A stretch of DNA of 20,000 nt from an uncultured virus (IMG/VR IMGVR_UViG_3300011871_000052). Its lineage: Duplodnaviria > Heunggongvirae > Uroviricota > Caudoviricetes. The notes beneath the pieces are model-generated. The model saw nothing but the letters and a program-made list of their open reading frames with translations. It made no database searches and was not told where the DNA came from. Position numbers and translations under genes: made by a program. The stretch lies in IMG/VR virus record IMGVR_UViG_3300011871_000052; one strand, given 5' to 3'. Positions 8,266 through 15,935 of this stretch are shown one piece after another. The first letter of the stretch is position 1. The number at the start of each line of letters is the position of its first letter.

Positions 8266-8958
8266 TTACGGTTTTACCTTGCGTCTTGGATTAGATGCCA
8301 TAAAAGCAGGTTTACATGGCTGCATAGGCTCTCCATTAGGCGTTGCTGTTTGAAGCCAATGTTTACTTTCAGGTTGAACATGTCCAGCACGAACAAACTT
8401 AGTAACAAACTTACTAAAATCTTTATATTCAAAAGCATCAGTAACACGGACAACAAAACCTTCCTCAATACTCTTATCTAGTGACTTAGATAGTTTTTTA
8501 AGGACCTCAACATCAAACTCACCACGATATAACTCTTTAGGTCTTGGAAGATCTAATGCTTCAGCATAAAAGTTTGTATCATCGACAGATAAGCAAGTAT
8601 CACCATTCCAAACTGAAAGAAGATATAGATAACCTTCTAAATATCCGTCAGGATAGTAGATTGAGTGTTTAGCATAAACGTTCTCACAACAAAGCCTATG
8701 GCCTTCGGGAATATCATGACGGATAACAGAGTGAATACGTTTAGCAACGTCTCTCGTCCAGTTATGGGCGCTATCAAGACTACGTGCATGCATTTGCTCA
8801 TCAGGATATAGTGTTGTGTTTTCGCCATCCATTTTCAAAGAAACAGAAACTTCTTTACCCATAAAACCCTCAAGGGATTCAATAAGTTTGTCATCAGATT
8901 GCAATGCTTCCGAGAAACTTAAATGATATGTTCTTGGGTACTTCTTTTTGATTTCCAT
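8266..8958 (-). CDS. ATP-dependent RNA ligase (stand-alone nucleotidyltransferase domain)
   Basis: KYPRTYHL N-terminus, motif I KMDGEN, ARS, CENVYAKHSI, motif IV EGFVVR and motif V KFVRAGHVQ..HW. Start at 8958 (SD GAGG). Confidence 0.9.
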   Translation of the reverse strand: MEIKKKYPRTYHLSFSEALQSDDKLIESLEGFMGKEVSVSLKMDGENTTLYPDEQMHARSLDSAHNWTRDVAKRIHSVIRHDIPEGHRLCCENVYAKHSIYYPDGYLEGYLYLLSVWNGDTCLSVDDTNFYAEALDLPRPKELYRGEFDVEVLKKLSKSLDKSIEEGFVVRVTDAFEYKDFSKFVTKFVRAGHVQPESKHWLQTATPNGEPMQPCKPAFMASNPRRKVKP

Positions 8959-8994
8959 AATAACCTCAATATTCAATAATGACTATATTTTAAC

Positions 8995-9038
8995 AATAAG
9001 TTAGGTTAATCACAAGAAAAATTTTAATCTAACTTATT
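8995..9038. promoter_or_regulatory. 15-bp inverted repeat between divergent promoters (candidate operator)
   Basis: AATAAGTTAGGTTAA (8995-9009) / TTAATCTAACTTATT (9024-9038), 14 of 15 complementary, 14-nt spacer. Confidence 0.45.
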
Positions 9039-9039
9039 T

Positions 9040-9068
9040 TTGATATTGAGCATCTAATATACTATTAT
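9040..9068 (+). promoter_or_regulatory. sigma70-like promoter for the membrane-protein array
   Basis: TTGATA, 17-nt spacer, TATTAT. Confidence 0.6.
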
Positions 9069-9108
9069 TTATAACAATGTCATTTTAACTATTGGAATAA
9101 GAATTTAT

Positions 9109-9678
9109 ATGAAGCTAATACATCAAAAAATTGTAAAAAAAGAAACATTTTATATAGAATCTGAAAGTGTGGATAAAAATAAAAATCACATAAAAAATCT
9201 TGAAGCATCAACAGTTTTAACACTAGAAGATGGACAGATTTTTAAAACATCAATAGATATTAAAGAAAAAGAGGGGCAAGAAATCGTTTTAATCGCTAAT
9301 AGTGATAATCAAATAGAATCATTATTAACATTAGAATTTGAAAATAAATTATTAGAAGATACAAAACCATCTGATATAGAGTTATTTCTTAAATTTTTAA
9401 TGCTTGTGATATTTTCATGTGCAACATTTTTACCTTTAGATAATGATAATCTTTCTATAATGTCTCGTATTGTGCTAATGGGAGGTATGTTTTTAGCGTT
9501 AATTTTTTGCTTTAAAATGTGGATTGAAGAGTTAGTAGATTTTAAAAAAGAGATAAAAATAAAAAAAGAACTTTTATCTTCAATAATAAGTTTTAAATCT
9601 AAACGAAAAAATATAAAAGCTCCTGATATTTGCAATATTGGCGAATCATTATCTAAAAATATTGTAGATGTTAAATAA
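9109..9678 (+). CDS. two-TM membrane protein, paralog array member 1
   Basis: Beta-rich N-domain, two hydrophobic helices, Lys-rich C-terminus. Aligns by eye with the 10277 protein. Confidence 0.8.
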   Translation: MKLIHQKIVKKETFYIESESVDKNKNHIKNLEASTVLTLEDGQIFKTSIDIKEKEGQEIVLIANSDNQIESLLTLEFENKLLEDTKPSDIELFLKFLMLVIFSCATFLPLDNDNLSIMSRIVLMGGMFLALIFCFKMWIEELVDFKKEIKIKKELLSSIISFKSKRKNIKAPDICNIGESLSKNIVDVK

Positions 9679-9687
9679 GAGGTAAAA

Positions 9688-10275
9688 ATGAAAAGACTAG
9701 TTAAAGGCGTTATCAATAATTTACTTGTTGAATACATAGAATGTATAGAAAATAGTTGTTATGATAGAAAAAAAACAGTAATAAGAAAAAAGACATCTTT
9801 TTTTATTAATAATGAAGAGTTTTTTACTTTAGATGATATTGAGATTATAGACGGGGGAATATATATATTTTATGCTGATAATGAAAATCAAATAGCATTA
9901 TTTGGCAAAGAACAGATAACAGAAGATTTAGAAATAACAAGTAAAAATAAAATAATTCAACAAAAGAAAGGAATAAAAGAGTCATATTTAATGATTTTTT
10001 TATCAGTGTTATTGTTTAGTATAATAGGTAATTTTATATATAATCACGATGAAAGTATTCCAATAGTGTTAATAATTCTAGCTTACATACCTTTAATATT
10101 ATCATTCTTATTATCTATAATAGGTTATTTAGTAATAATAGAAGAGAAAAAGAATTTAAAAGAAACAGAAGATAGTATTAAAAAACAAAAAGAAGAAATA
10201 CATAATTTTAATAATCAAACAGCAGATATTATATTACTGAAAGAAAAAGATATTTTAATTAAAAATGAGGTTTAA
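9688..10275 (+). CDS. two-TM membrane protein, paralog array member 2
   Basis: MKRLVKGVI start, two TM helices, coiled-coil C-terminus. SD GAGG. Confidence 0.8.
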   Translation: MKRLVKGVINNLLVEYIECIENSCYDRKKTVIRKKTSFFINNEEFFTLDDIEIIDGGIYIFYADNENQIALFGKEQITEDLEITSKNKIIQQKKGIKESYLMIFLSVLLFSIIGNFIYNHDESIPIVLIILAYIPLILSFLLSIIGYLVIIEEKKNLKETEDSIKKQKEEIHNFNNQTADIILLKEKDILIKNEV

Positions 10276-10276
10276 A

Positions 10277-10819
10277 ATGAAATTAGTAAAAGAAATAATA
10301 GATAAAAAAGAAATATACTTAGAAGAGATTGTTGAAAAAGACGATTATGGCAATCTGATAAAAACATTTAAACCTCAAACTAGAATAACATTGAAAAATG
10401 GAGAAATATACAATTTTGATATTGATATTCCACAAATGGAAAATCAAGAAATTGCTTTCGTAAGCAATTATGAGAATAATAAAAATTCTTTATTAACTAA
10501 CGAGTTTAAGAAAGATTTTATAAAAAAATATGAAAAAATGCCAACTATGAAAGAAATTATATTATTTTACGGTTGTCCATTTTTGGTAGTTTCAATTTTA
10601 AGTATGATATTCGGTTTAATACTGCATAATTTTGCCTTATCAGTTACTATTCCATTAGCATCCATAACAGCTAGCATTTTCTTATTATATTTTATAAAAA
10701 ATGAAGAAAAAAATATGGAACAATATAAAGAGGAAATAAAAAAGATATTGTCACTAATAAAAGAAAATAATAACGAAAAAATTACGGTAAAAGAAAAAAG
10801 TGAAGTTATAGTAAGTTAA
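10277..10819 (+). CDS. two-TM membrane protein, paralog array member 3
   Basis: Start moved to 10277 (MKLVKEII, SD GAGG). TRITLKNG..IDI..ENQEI..N..N..SLLT.EF matches member 1. Confidence 0.8.
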   Translation: MKLVKEIIDKKEIYLEEIVEKDDYGNLIKTFKPQTRITLKNGEIYNFDIDIPQMENQEIAFVSNYENNKNSLLTNEFKKDFIKKYEKMPTMKEIILFYGCPFLVVSILSMIFGLILHNFALSVTIPLASITASIFLLYFIKNEEKNMEQYKEEIKKILSLIKENNNEKITVKEKSEVIVS

Positions 10820-10898
10820 AATACGATTTGTTTTAAAATAATACATGTGTTATGATGGTTCATTATAAATACTATTTAAAAAATATAAGAGAGGCTTT

Positions 10899-11129
10899 AT
10901 GGATATGGATTTAGGTTTCGAAATAACAACTGATGATATAATAATTGTTGCTACCCAATTTGGTAAGCAGCTTACTCTTGAGCAAGCAAATAGTATATTT
11001 GATATATTAGATATTGATCATGCTATAGATATTGCCTTAAAAGAAGATACAAAGGTATTACAGAAACAAGCAGCCTATAGAGATCTGAAAGAACAAATGA
11101 TTGAAACATCTGTTTTAGATACTTTTTAA
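10899..11129 (+). CDS. small acidic hypothetical protein
   Basis: 76 aa, Asp/Glu-rich, SD GAGAGG. Unrelated to the flanking paralogs. Confidence 0.75.
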   Translation: MDMDLGFEITTDDIIIVATQFGKQLTLEQANSIFDILDIDHAIDIALKEDTKVLQKQAAYRDLKEQMIETSVLDTF

Positions 11130-11147
11130 TAAGAATAAGAGGTTATT

Positions 11148-11678
11148 ATGGAATTAGTAAAGGGTGTGGTAAAAAAAATAGATTCTGCAATAATTGAAGA
11201 AAAAGAAATAGATGAATATCTCCAACATTCTAAATCATTATTAAAAACAAGAAATACCATTACAATGGATAATGGCGATACACTCTATGCAGATTGCGAT
11301 CTTGATTTTAAGGAAGGTGATTATATAGGTTTTGTTGTCTCTGGTAATGATGAAAGGGAAGTAAAATATTTTATTAATCAAAACAATGCTGAAAAAATAA
11401 AAGAAAAGAGAAAATTTAGTTGGATGGATAAGTTTAATTTATGTGCTCAATTTTTCTTTATATATATGTCTGTAAGTAATATAAGCAAAGATTTAAATTT
11501 AGGTATATCTTATTTATTGTTATTAATGTCAGTAATCTTGATTGGTTTAAATTGTTATTTATTTTTCCGTAATAGAAAAGAAAGAAAAAACATAGATGAT
11601 TATTTAAACTCTATACCATTTGAAAAAAAAGAAAGTCATATTCACTTAGTTAAAGATTATCAGCATACAAATGTATAA
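11148..11678 (+). CDS. two-TM membrane protein, paralog array member 4
   Basis: MELVKGVVKKI...NTITMDNG...KEGDYIGFV, two TM helices. SD GAGG. Confidence 0.8.
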   Translation: MELVKGVVKKIDSAIIEEKEIDEYLQHSKSLLKTRNTITMDNGDTLYADCDLDFKEGDYIGFVVSGNDEREVKYFINQNNAEKIKEKRKFSWMDKFNLCAQFFFIYMSVSNISKDLNLGISYLLLLMSVILIGLNCYLFFRNRKERKNIDDYLNSIPFEKKESHIHLVKDYQHTNV

Positions 11679-12183
11679 TACAATAATTAGTGGTAAGATA
11701 AAAAATATTGAGACTATTTTTTCTGAGAAAGAAAATAGTTCCACTCAAGTATATTCACTAATATCGCTAAACGATAATAAAAATTATAAAATTAAAGGAA
11801 TAATCAAAGGATTCAGTAAAGGCGGCAATATATATTTAGTAAAGAGAAATAAGTATGCTAAATTTTATGATGTTATTAATAAAAAAACATTAAAAATAAT
11901 GAAATTAGAAAGATTTATGTTTGGATCTATGGGAATAACCTGTGCGATAGGTCCGATATTAGTATTATATAATCTATTGATATATAAGATGGCATATCTA
12001 TCATACCTCGTAAATGTAGGTGTTGATATGCTATTTCCTTTATTAGTTTTAACTTTTATGCCTATATTCTTTTTAGTTAACCTGCCAAGTAATAAAACTA
12101 TAAGAGAAGCTAAAAATATTATAAATAAAGATGAAAGCTATGATATTAAAATAAATAAAGTCTATGATAAGGAAAGAAGATGA
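11671..12183 (+). CDS. two-TM membrane protein, paralog array member 5
   Basis: IISGKIKNIE...YKIKG...KGGNIYLVK and NLPSNKTIR. Overlaps the previous stop by 8 nt. Confidence 0.75.
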   Translation: MYNTIISGKIKNIETIFSEKENSSTQVYSLISLNDNKNYKIKGIIKGFSKGGNIYLVKRNKYAKFYDVINKKTLKIMKLERFMFGSMGITCAIGPILVLYNLLIYKMAYLSYLVNVGVDMLFPLLVLTFMPIFFLVNLPSNKTIREAKNIINKDESYDIKINKVYDKERR

Positions 12184-12746
12184 GTAATAAAATAATATCT
12201 GGACAAATTGAAAATATTGAATCCACTATTATAGGAAAGTCTGATCCTGATGATTATAATGTTGATATACAAACTTTCATCTATTTGAAGCATAATAAAA
12301 AATATAAAGTAAAAGGAAAAGTAAAAGACTTAAAAAAAGGAGATATAATATCATTAATAAAAGAAGATGAAGTATTATTTAATTATAATAATAAAGTAGA
12401 AAACTATTTAATTATAACGCCAAAAACAATAAAAAAGATGAAGAGAAAAAGATTATATTTAATACTAGCTTCATTTTTAACGGGAATCTATCCTATTAGT
12501 TATAGTATAACCTATTTAATAGATTTATTTTTATACTCTGGAAATAGCATGTCATACTTTATAGAAACAAAAAATATAGTAATAGTTTTATATACGTTTT
12601 TTATGATGTTTGCATTCTTGATATCTAGCATTGTTATTTTATTAAATATACCATCGAAAAAAATAATAAGGCAAGTCAATGATATAATAAAAGAAGAAGA
12701 TTCATTAAAAACTATAAAAGAAAAAAACTTACAAAAAGTTAGTTAA
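12180..12746 (+). CDS. two-TM membrane protein, paralog array member 6
   Basis: IISGQIENIE...YKVKG...KGDIISLIK and NIPSKKIIR. ATGA overlap with member 5. Confidence 0.8.
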   Translation: MSNKIISGQIENIESTIIGKSDPDDYNVDIQTFIYLKHNKKYKVKGKVKDLKKGDIISLIKEDEVLFNYNNKVENYLIITPKTIKKMKRKRLYLILASFLTGIYPISYSITYLIDLFLYSGNSMSYFIETKNIVIVLYTFFMMFAFLISSIVILLNIPSKKIIRQVNDIIKEEDSLKTIKEKNLQKVS

Positions 12747-13287
12747 AAATATAAGGAAGAAGCCTAGCAATATTTCTTACATCATCAATACCACGATGAG
12801 GAACACCAATAAACTTCATTTTATTCTGACCTAACGCTTTTCTAACGCCTACCTTCTTTTGAAGCTTGTTTTTAATGACATATTCAGCACTAAGATTAAT
12901 ATGTTCAAGTTTTAAGAAGGGGAATGATGTTTCACTAAGCTTATTATTTCTAATATCTTTACGAATCTGATTTGCATCAAATCCTCCCCAAGAACCCCAC
13001 TGATTAACATTTTCATTAAATAAAAAGTCATCAAGTTCAGTAAATGCTTTTTCAAGAGAAATGCCGTTATTAACTTGTTCTTGTGTTATAGATGTCAATG
13101 AAGTGCAGAAAGGTGTAAGAGTTGGATGTATAATAGGTTTAATAAAACAGTTAAACTCATTATAAGTATTACCGTTTAAATCAGCAATAACGCAGCCAAT
13201 TTCGATAATTTCCATTTCATGTCGGGGGATTATTTTACCTGTATCATCACAAGTACATTCTAAATCTATAATAGCTATTTTATCCAT
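12739..13287 (-). CDS. DEDDh 3'-5' exonuclease (ERI-1/KapD-like)
   Basis: ExoI IDLECT, EIIEIG, FIKP..HPTLTPFCTSLTSITQEQV, SWGGFD and ExoIII HRGIDD. Start at 13287 (MDKIAII, SD AAGGA). Confidence 0.92.
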   Translation of the reverse strand: MDKIAIIDLECTCDDTGKIIPRHEMEIIEIGCVIADLNGNTYNEFNCFIKPIIHPTLTPFCTSLTSITQEQVNNGISLEKAFTELDDFLFNENVNQWGSWGGFDANQIRKDIRNNKLSETSFPFLKLEHINLSAEYVIKNKLQKKVGVRKALGQNKMKFIGVPHRGIDDVRNIARLLPYIFN

Positions 13288-13384
13288 TTTATTTATATCC
13301 TTTTTTATTGTTATTTGTTTTATATTTTTCATGGCGCGATTTTATATAATTTAAAAATGAAAATCAAAGATTAAAAAGGAATAA

Positions 13385-13408
13385 AAAAACCTGCCGGAGC
13401 AGGTTTTT
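13385..13408 (-). terminator. Rho-independent terminator
   Basis: AAAAACCTGC-CGGA-GCAGGTTTTT downstream of the 13428 stop. Confidence 0.85.
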
Positions 13409-13427
13409 GATATAAGATATATGTGTC

Positions 13428-14249
13428 TTAAAATTTAGTGCGAGGTCTTTGATATTCATAGCCTTGCTGACTGTTAACATCAAGGCCAAGTCTTTCACTT
13501 TCAACTTTTCTTTCATTACGACGAACATAAAGATCATCCATAAATCCATCAATAGAGTGAGCGATATCTTTAGCAAGAGTTTTAGGATCTTTAGGCATTT
13601 GACCTTCAGTAAATAAAGAATATTTTTTAATAGCTTTACCAAGTTTTTCGTATTTTTCTTCAGCACTTAACCCAAATGCACCAGATTTTAAACCCGTCAT
13701 GAATTTTTCTTGTTCAGCAGAAATTTCATCATGAGAAAGACCTTCTTTTTGTCCTTTTTTATTAATAAATTCCATATGTTCTGCTGCATCATTCATCAAA
13801 ATACCATTAGCATAGCTGCTGATATTGTCACGGAATGCTTTATTCATATTAGCTTGAATAAAATCTTTGTAGTTATCATTTACACCAAGTTTAATTGATT
13901 GACCTACTTCAAGATTGCCTGTTACTTCTGCGACTCTTTCATTAGCATTTTCAATTGCGTTATGACGCAAATCATAACCAACTTCAAATTCAGCTTTAGG
14001 ATGATAGATGCTATCGGTAAGGTTACTAGCAGCATCAATAATTTTATCAAGCTCTACAACATTGAAGTTTGTTGTTTGAAGAAGAGAAATGAGAGGGTTT
14101 AAATTGTTATCGTAAACACGTCTATCACATACTACTCCATGAATACAGTCTTGCTGAATATCAACAAGTTTAACAATAACACCACTGTTAAGGCTATTAA
14201 GAAGTTCTACTGCTTGATCTACTTTATATTGTGTTGGTTCAGTTGCCAT
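13428..14249 (-). CDS. hypothetical protein with relaxase-like basic C-terminal tail (...QQGYEYQRPRTKF)
   Basis: 273-aa ORF, SD AAGGGA, own terminator. No catalytic motif recognised. Confidence 0.85.
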   Translation of the reverse strand: MATEPTQYKVDQAVELLNSLNSGVIVKLVDIQQDCIHGVVCDRRVYDNNLNPLISLLQTTNFNVVELDKIIDAASNLTDSIYHPKAEFEVGYDLRHNAIENANERVAEVTGNLEVGQSIKLGVNDNYKDFIQANMNKAFRDNISSYANGILMNDAAEHMEFINKKGQKEGLSHDEISAEQEKFMTGLKSGAFGLSAEEKYEKLGKAIKKYSLFTEGQMPKDPKTLAKDIAHSIDGFMDDLYVRRNERKVESERLGLDVNSQQGYEYQRPRTKF

Positions 14250-14345
14250 AATTATATGTTCCCTTTTAGTTTTAACATTATATATCTATTATAAAAAGTA
14301 AAAGGGAATAAGACAAGCATATTTGATATAAAATATCGAAATATT

Positions 14346-14747
14346 TTAAATATAAACTTTTCGACAATGTTCAAGCATTTCTCTCGCCATATTAGCGAAA
14401 GGAACATCATCTAGTTTATCCATAGAAATAATAGAAACTTCTTCTTCTGTTAAAGATTTTGCGTCTGATAAAGTTGAGAATGGAACAATAGATGTTAAAA
14501 TAGAAACATAATAATATTCGTTATCAGAATAAGAGCCAACTTCTGCCCAAAAATCAGGGGGTATATCTAATCCTGTTTCTTCTTTGACTTCCCTACTTAC
14601 ACAAGCAGCAGCATCAATATCAAATTCTTCAAATTTTCCACCAATACCATTAAATAAGCCAGCCTGATCAGCAGGTTTTGTTTTCTTAATTAATAATACA
14701 TTTTTAAAATCATCACTAAATATAAAACCTACTGTATATTTTTTCAT
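14346..14747 (-). CDS. Nudix hydrolase
   Basis: Nudix box GGKFEEFDIDAAACVSREVKEETGL. N-terminal YTVGFIFS...VLLIKK.KP..QAG..NGIGGK. Confidence 0.92.
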   Translation of the reverse strand: MKKYTVGFIFSDDFKNVLLIKKTKPADQAGLFNGIGGKFEEFDIDAAACVSREVKEETGLDIPPDFWAEVGSYSDNEYYYVSILTSIVPFSTLSDAKSLTEEEVSIISMDKLDDVPFANMAREMLEHCRKVYI

Positions 14748-14760
14748 GTTGTTCTCCAGA

Positions 14761-15210
14761 TTACTTATTAATACTTATGATATCACAAACAGGTGAACTG
14801 CTTATATCTATCATAGGAAATTTTACTTTTTGATTACCATGTTTATAAGTGACTAATTTAATTTCATCATGTTTATCCCAATCAGAAGGAACACAATCCT
14901 CTTTTCCATTAAAAGCGATGGCATAACCTTTGTTCGTTTGAATATAAATAATATCTTTACTATCTGTTTGATTATGTGTTACATAGCCAATGTTGATTTG
15001 GCTTTTCTGAATATTTAAAGAAGGGTAAACCAGACCGAAAGTGAAAAAAATAACAGATAATACACCAATAAAAAAGGGAATCAAGAGCAATGATGAATAG
15101 ATATAATTTTTTCTTTTTGCATTTCTAAATATAGAAACAATAATAAAAATAACCATTATAATGCTGAAAGTGAGTAAGCCTATAGCAATATTATCTAAAG
15201 AAAAGTTCAT
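14761..15210 (-). CDS. membrane protein with two N-terminal TM helices and a small exported domain
   Basis: Two hydrophobic segments flanking RNAKRK, then a beta-rich C-domain with two Cys. SD CAGGA. Confidence 0.75.
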   Translation of the reverse strand: MNFSLDNIAIGLLTFSIIMVIFIIVSIFRNAKRKNYIYSSLLLIPFFIGVLSVIFFTFGLVYPSLNIQKSQINIGYVTHNQTDSKDIIYIQTNKGYAIAFNGKEDCVPSDWDKHDEIKLVTYKHGNQKVKFPMIDISSSPVCDIISINK

Positions 15211-15281
15211 ATTTTAATCCTGTTTAAACATAGTTGATTAATAATATACTATGTTTTGTTTGATTTCAAAACAAAAGCTAA

Positions 15282-15773
15282 TTAAACTGCGAAAGTATTA
15301 TAAATATATTGAAAATGCTTGATTCTATCAATAACATAAGTAATATTTTCTTCTGATAATTCTGTTTGCTTTAAAACACAATAATAAAACTCATCAGAAA
15401 ATACATCTAAATCTCTATTATTAGGTATAGATTTTGAAAGGAGATCATTGACTACATCAGGTTGAGTATCAAAAATAATTATTGCTTCATCAAGGAGTTT
15501 TGTAGTAGCAACAGAGAAGTTATCATAAGCATATTCAGTTTCAAAGAATACTTCTTCAAGTGGAGTGCTGCTCTGTAATACTTCATCAAGAGAAAGAACC
15601 ATAATCTTATTATTTTTTATGTAGTATTCAGAATCAGTTAAAGAATCCTGAAAACGTTGAAGTTTGAGAATTTCAGAAAACACAATAAAATCATTAAGAC
15701 GTTCTTTATTTTTAATGCCAGAGGTGTTTTTAATAAAATAAAGCCCTAAATCAAGTATTATGTCAGTTCTCAT
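15282..15773 (-). CDS. hypothetical protein, possibly a divergent Panacea/DUF4065 (SocA-like) domain
   Basis: Start moved to 15773 (SD GAGGA). LYFIKNTSG...RLNDFIVFSEIL.L.RF..SLTDSEY resembles the DUF4065 N-terminal pattern, but the GPV motif is absent. Confidence 0.6.
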   Translation of the reverse strand: MRTDIILDLGLYFIKNTSGIKNKERLNDFIVFSEILKLQRFQDSLTDSEYYIKNNKIMVLSLDEVLQSSTPLEEVFFETEYAYDNFSVATTKLLDEAIIIFDTQPDVVNDLLSKSIPNNRDLDVFSDEFYYCVLKQTELSEENITYVIDRIKHFQYIYNTFAV

Positions 15774-15796
15774 ATTTTTATCCTCAGTAAAATTGA

Positions 15797-15892
15797 TAAA
15801 GACCAAATAGGACGGGTCCAATTCCCGGCGCATCGGTCTTTAAAAAGAACCTCTCTTAATGAGCATTATTAAGAGGCCAGAGAGGTGTAGTT
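15797..15892 (-). promoter_or_regulatory. structured 5' leader / small RNA upstream of the 15773 gene
   Basis: Hairpin ACCTCTCT/AGAGAGGT (15849-15886) followed by TCTTTTT on the minus strand, then stem TAAAGACC/GGTCTTTA (15797-15842) enclosing CGGG-7nt-CCCG. Confidence 0.45.
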
Positions 15893-15898
15893 GCTTTG

Positions 15899-15927
15899 AT
15901 AATAACAATGAATGGTATTATTGTCAA
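15899..15927 (-). promoter_or_regulatory. near-consensus sigma70 promoter
   Basis: Minus strand TTGACA, 17-nt spacer ending TGT, TATTAT. Confidence 0.75.
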
Positions 15928-15935
15928 AATATTTA

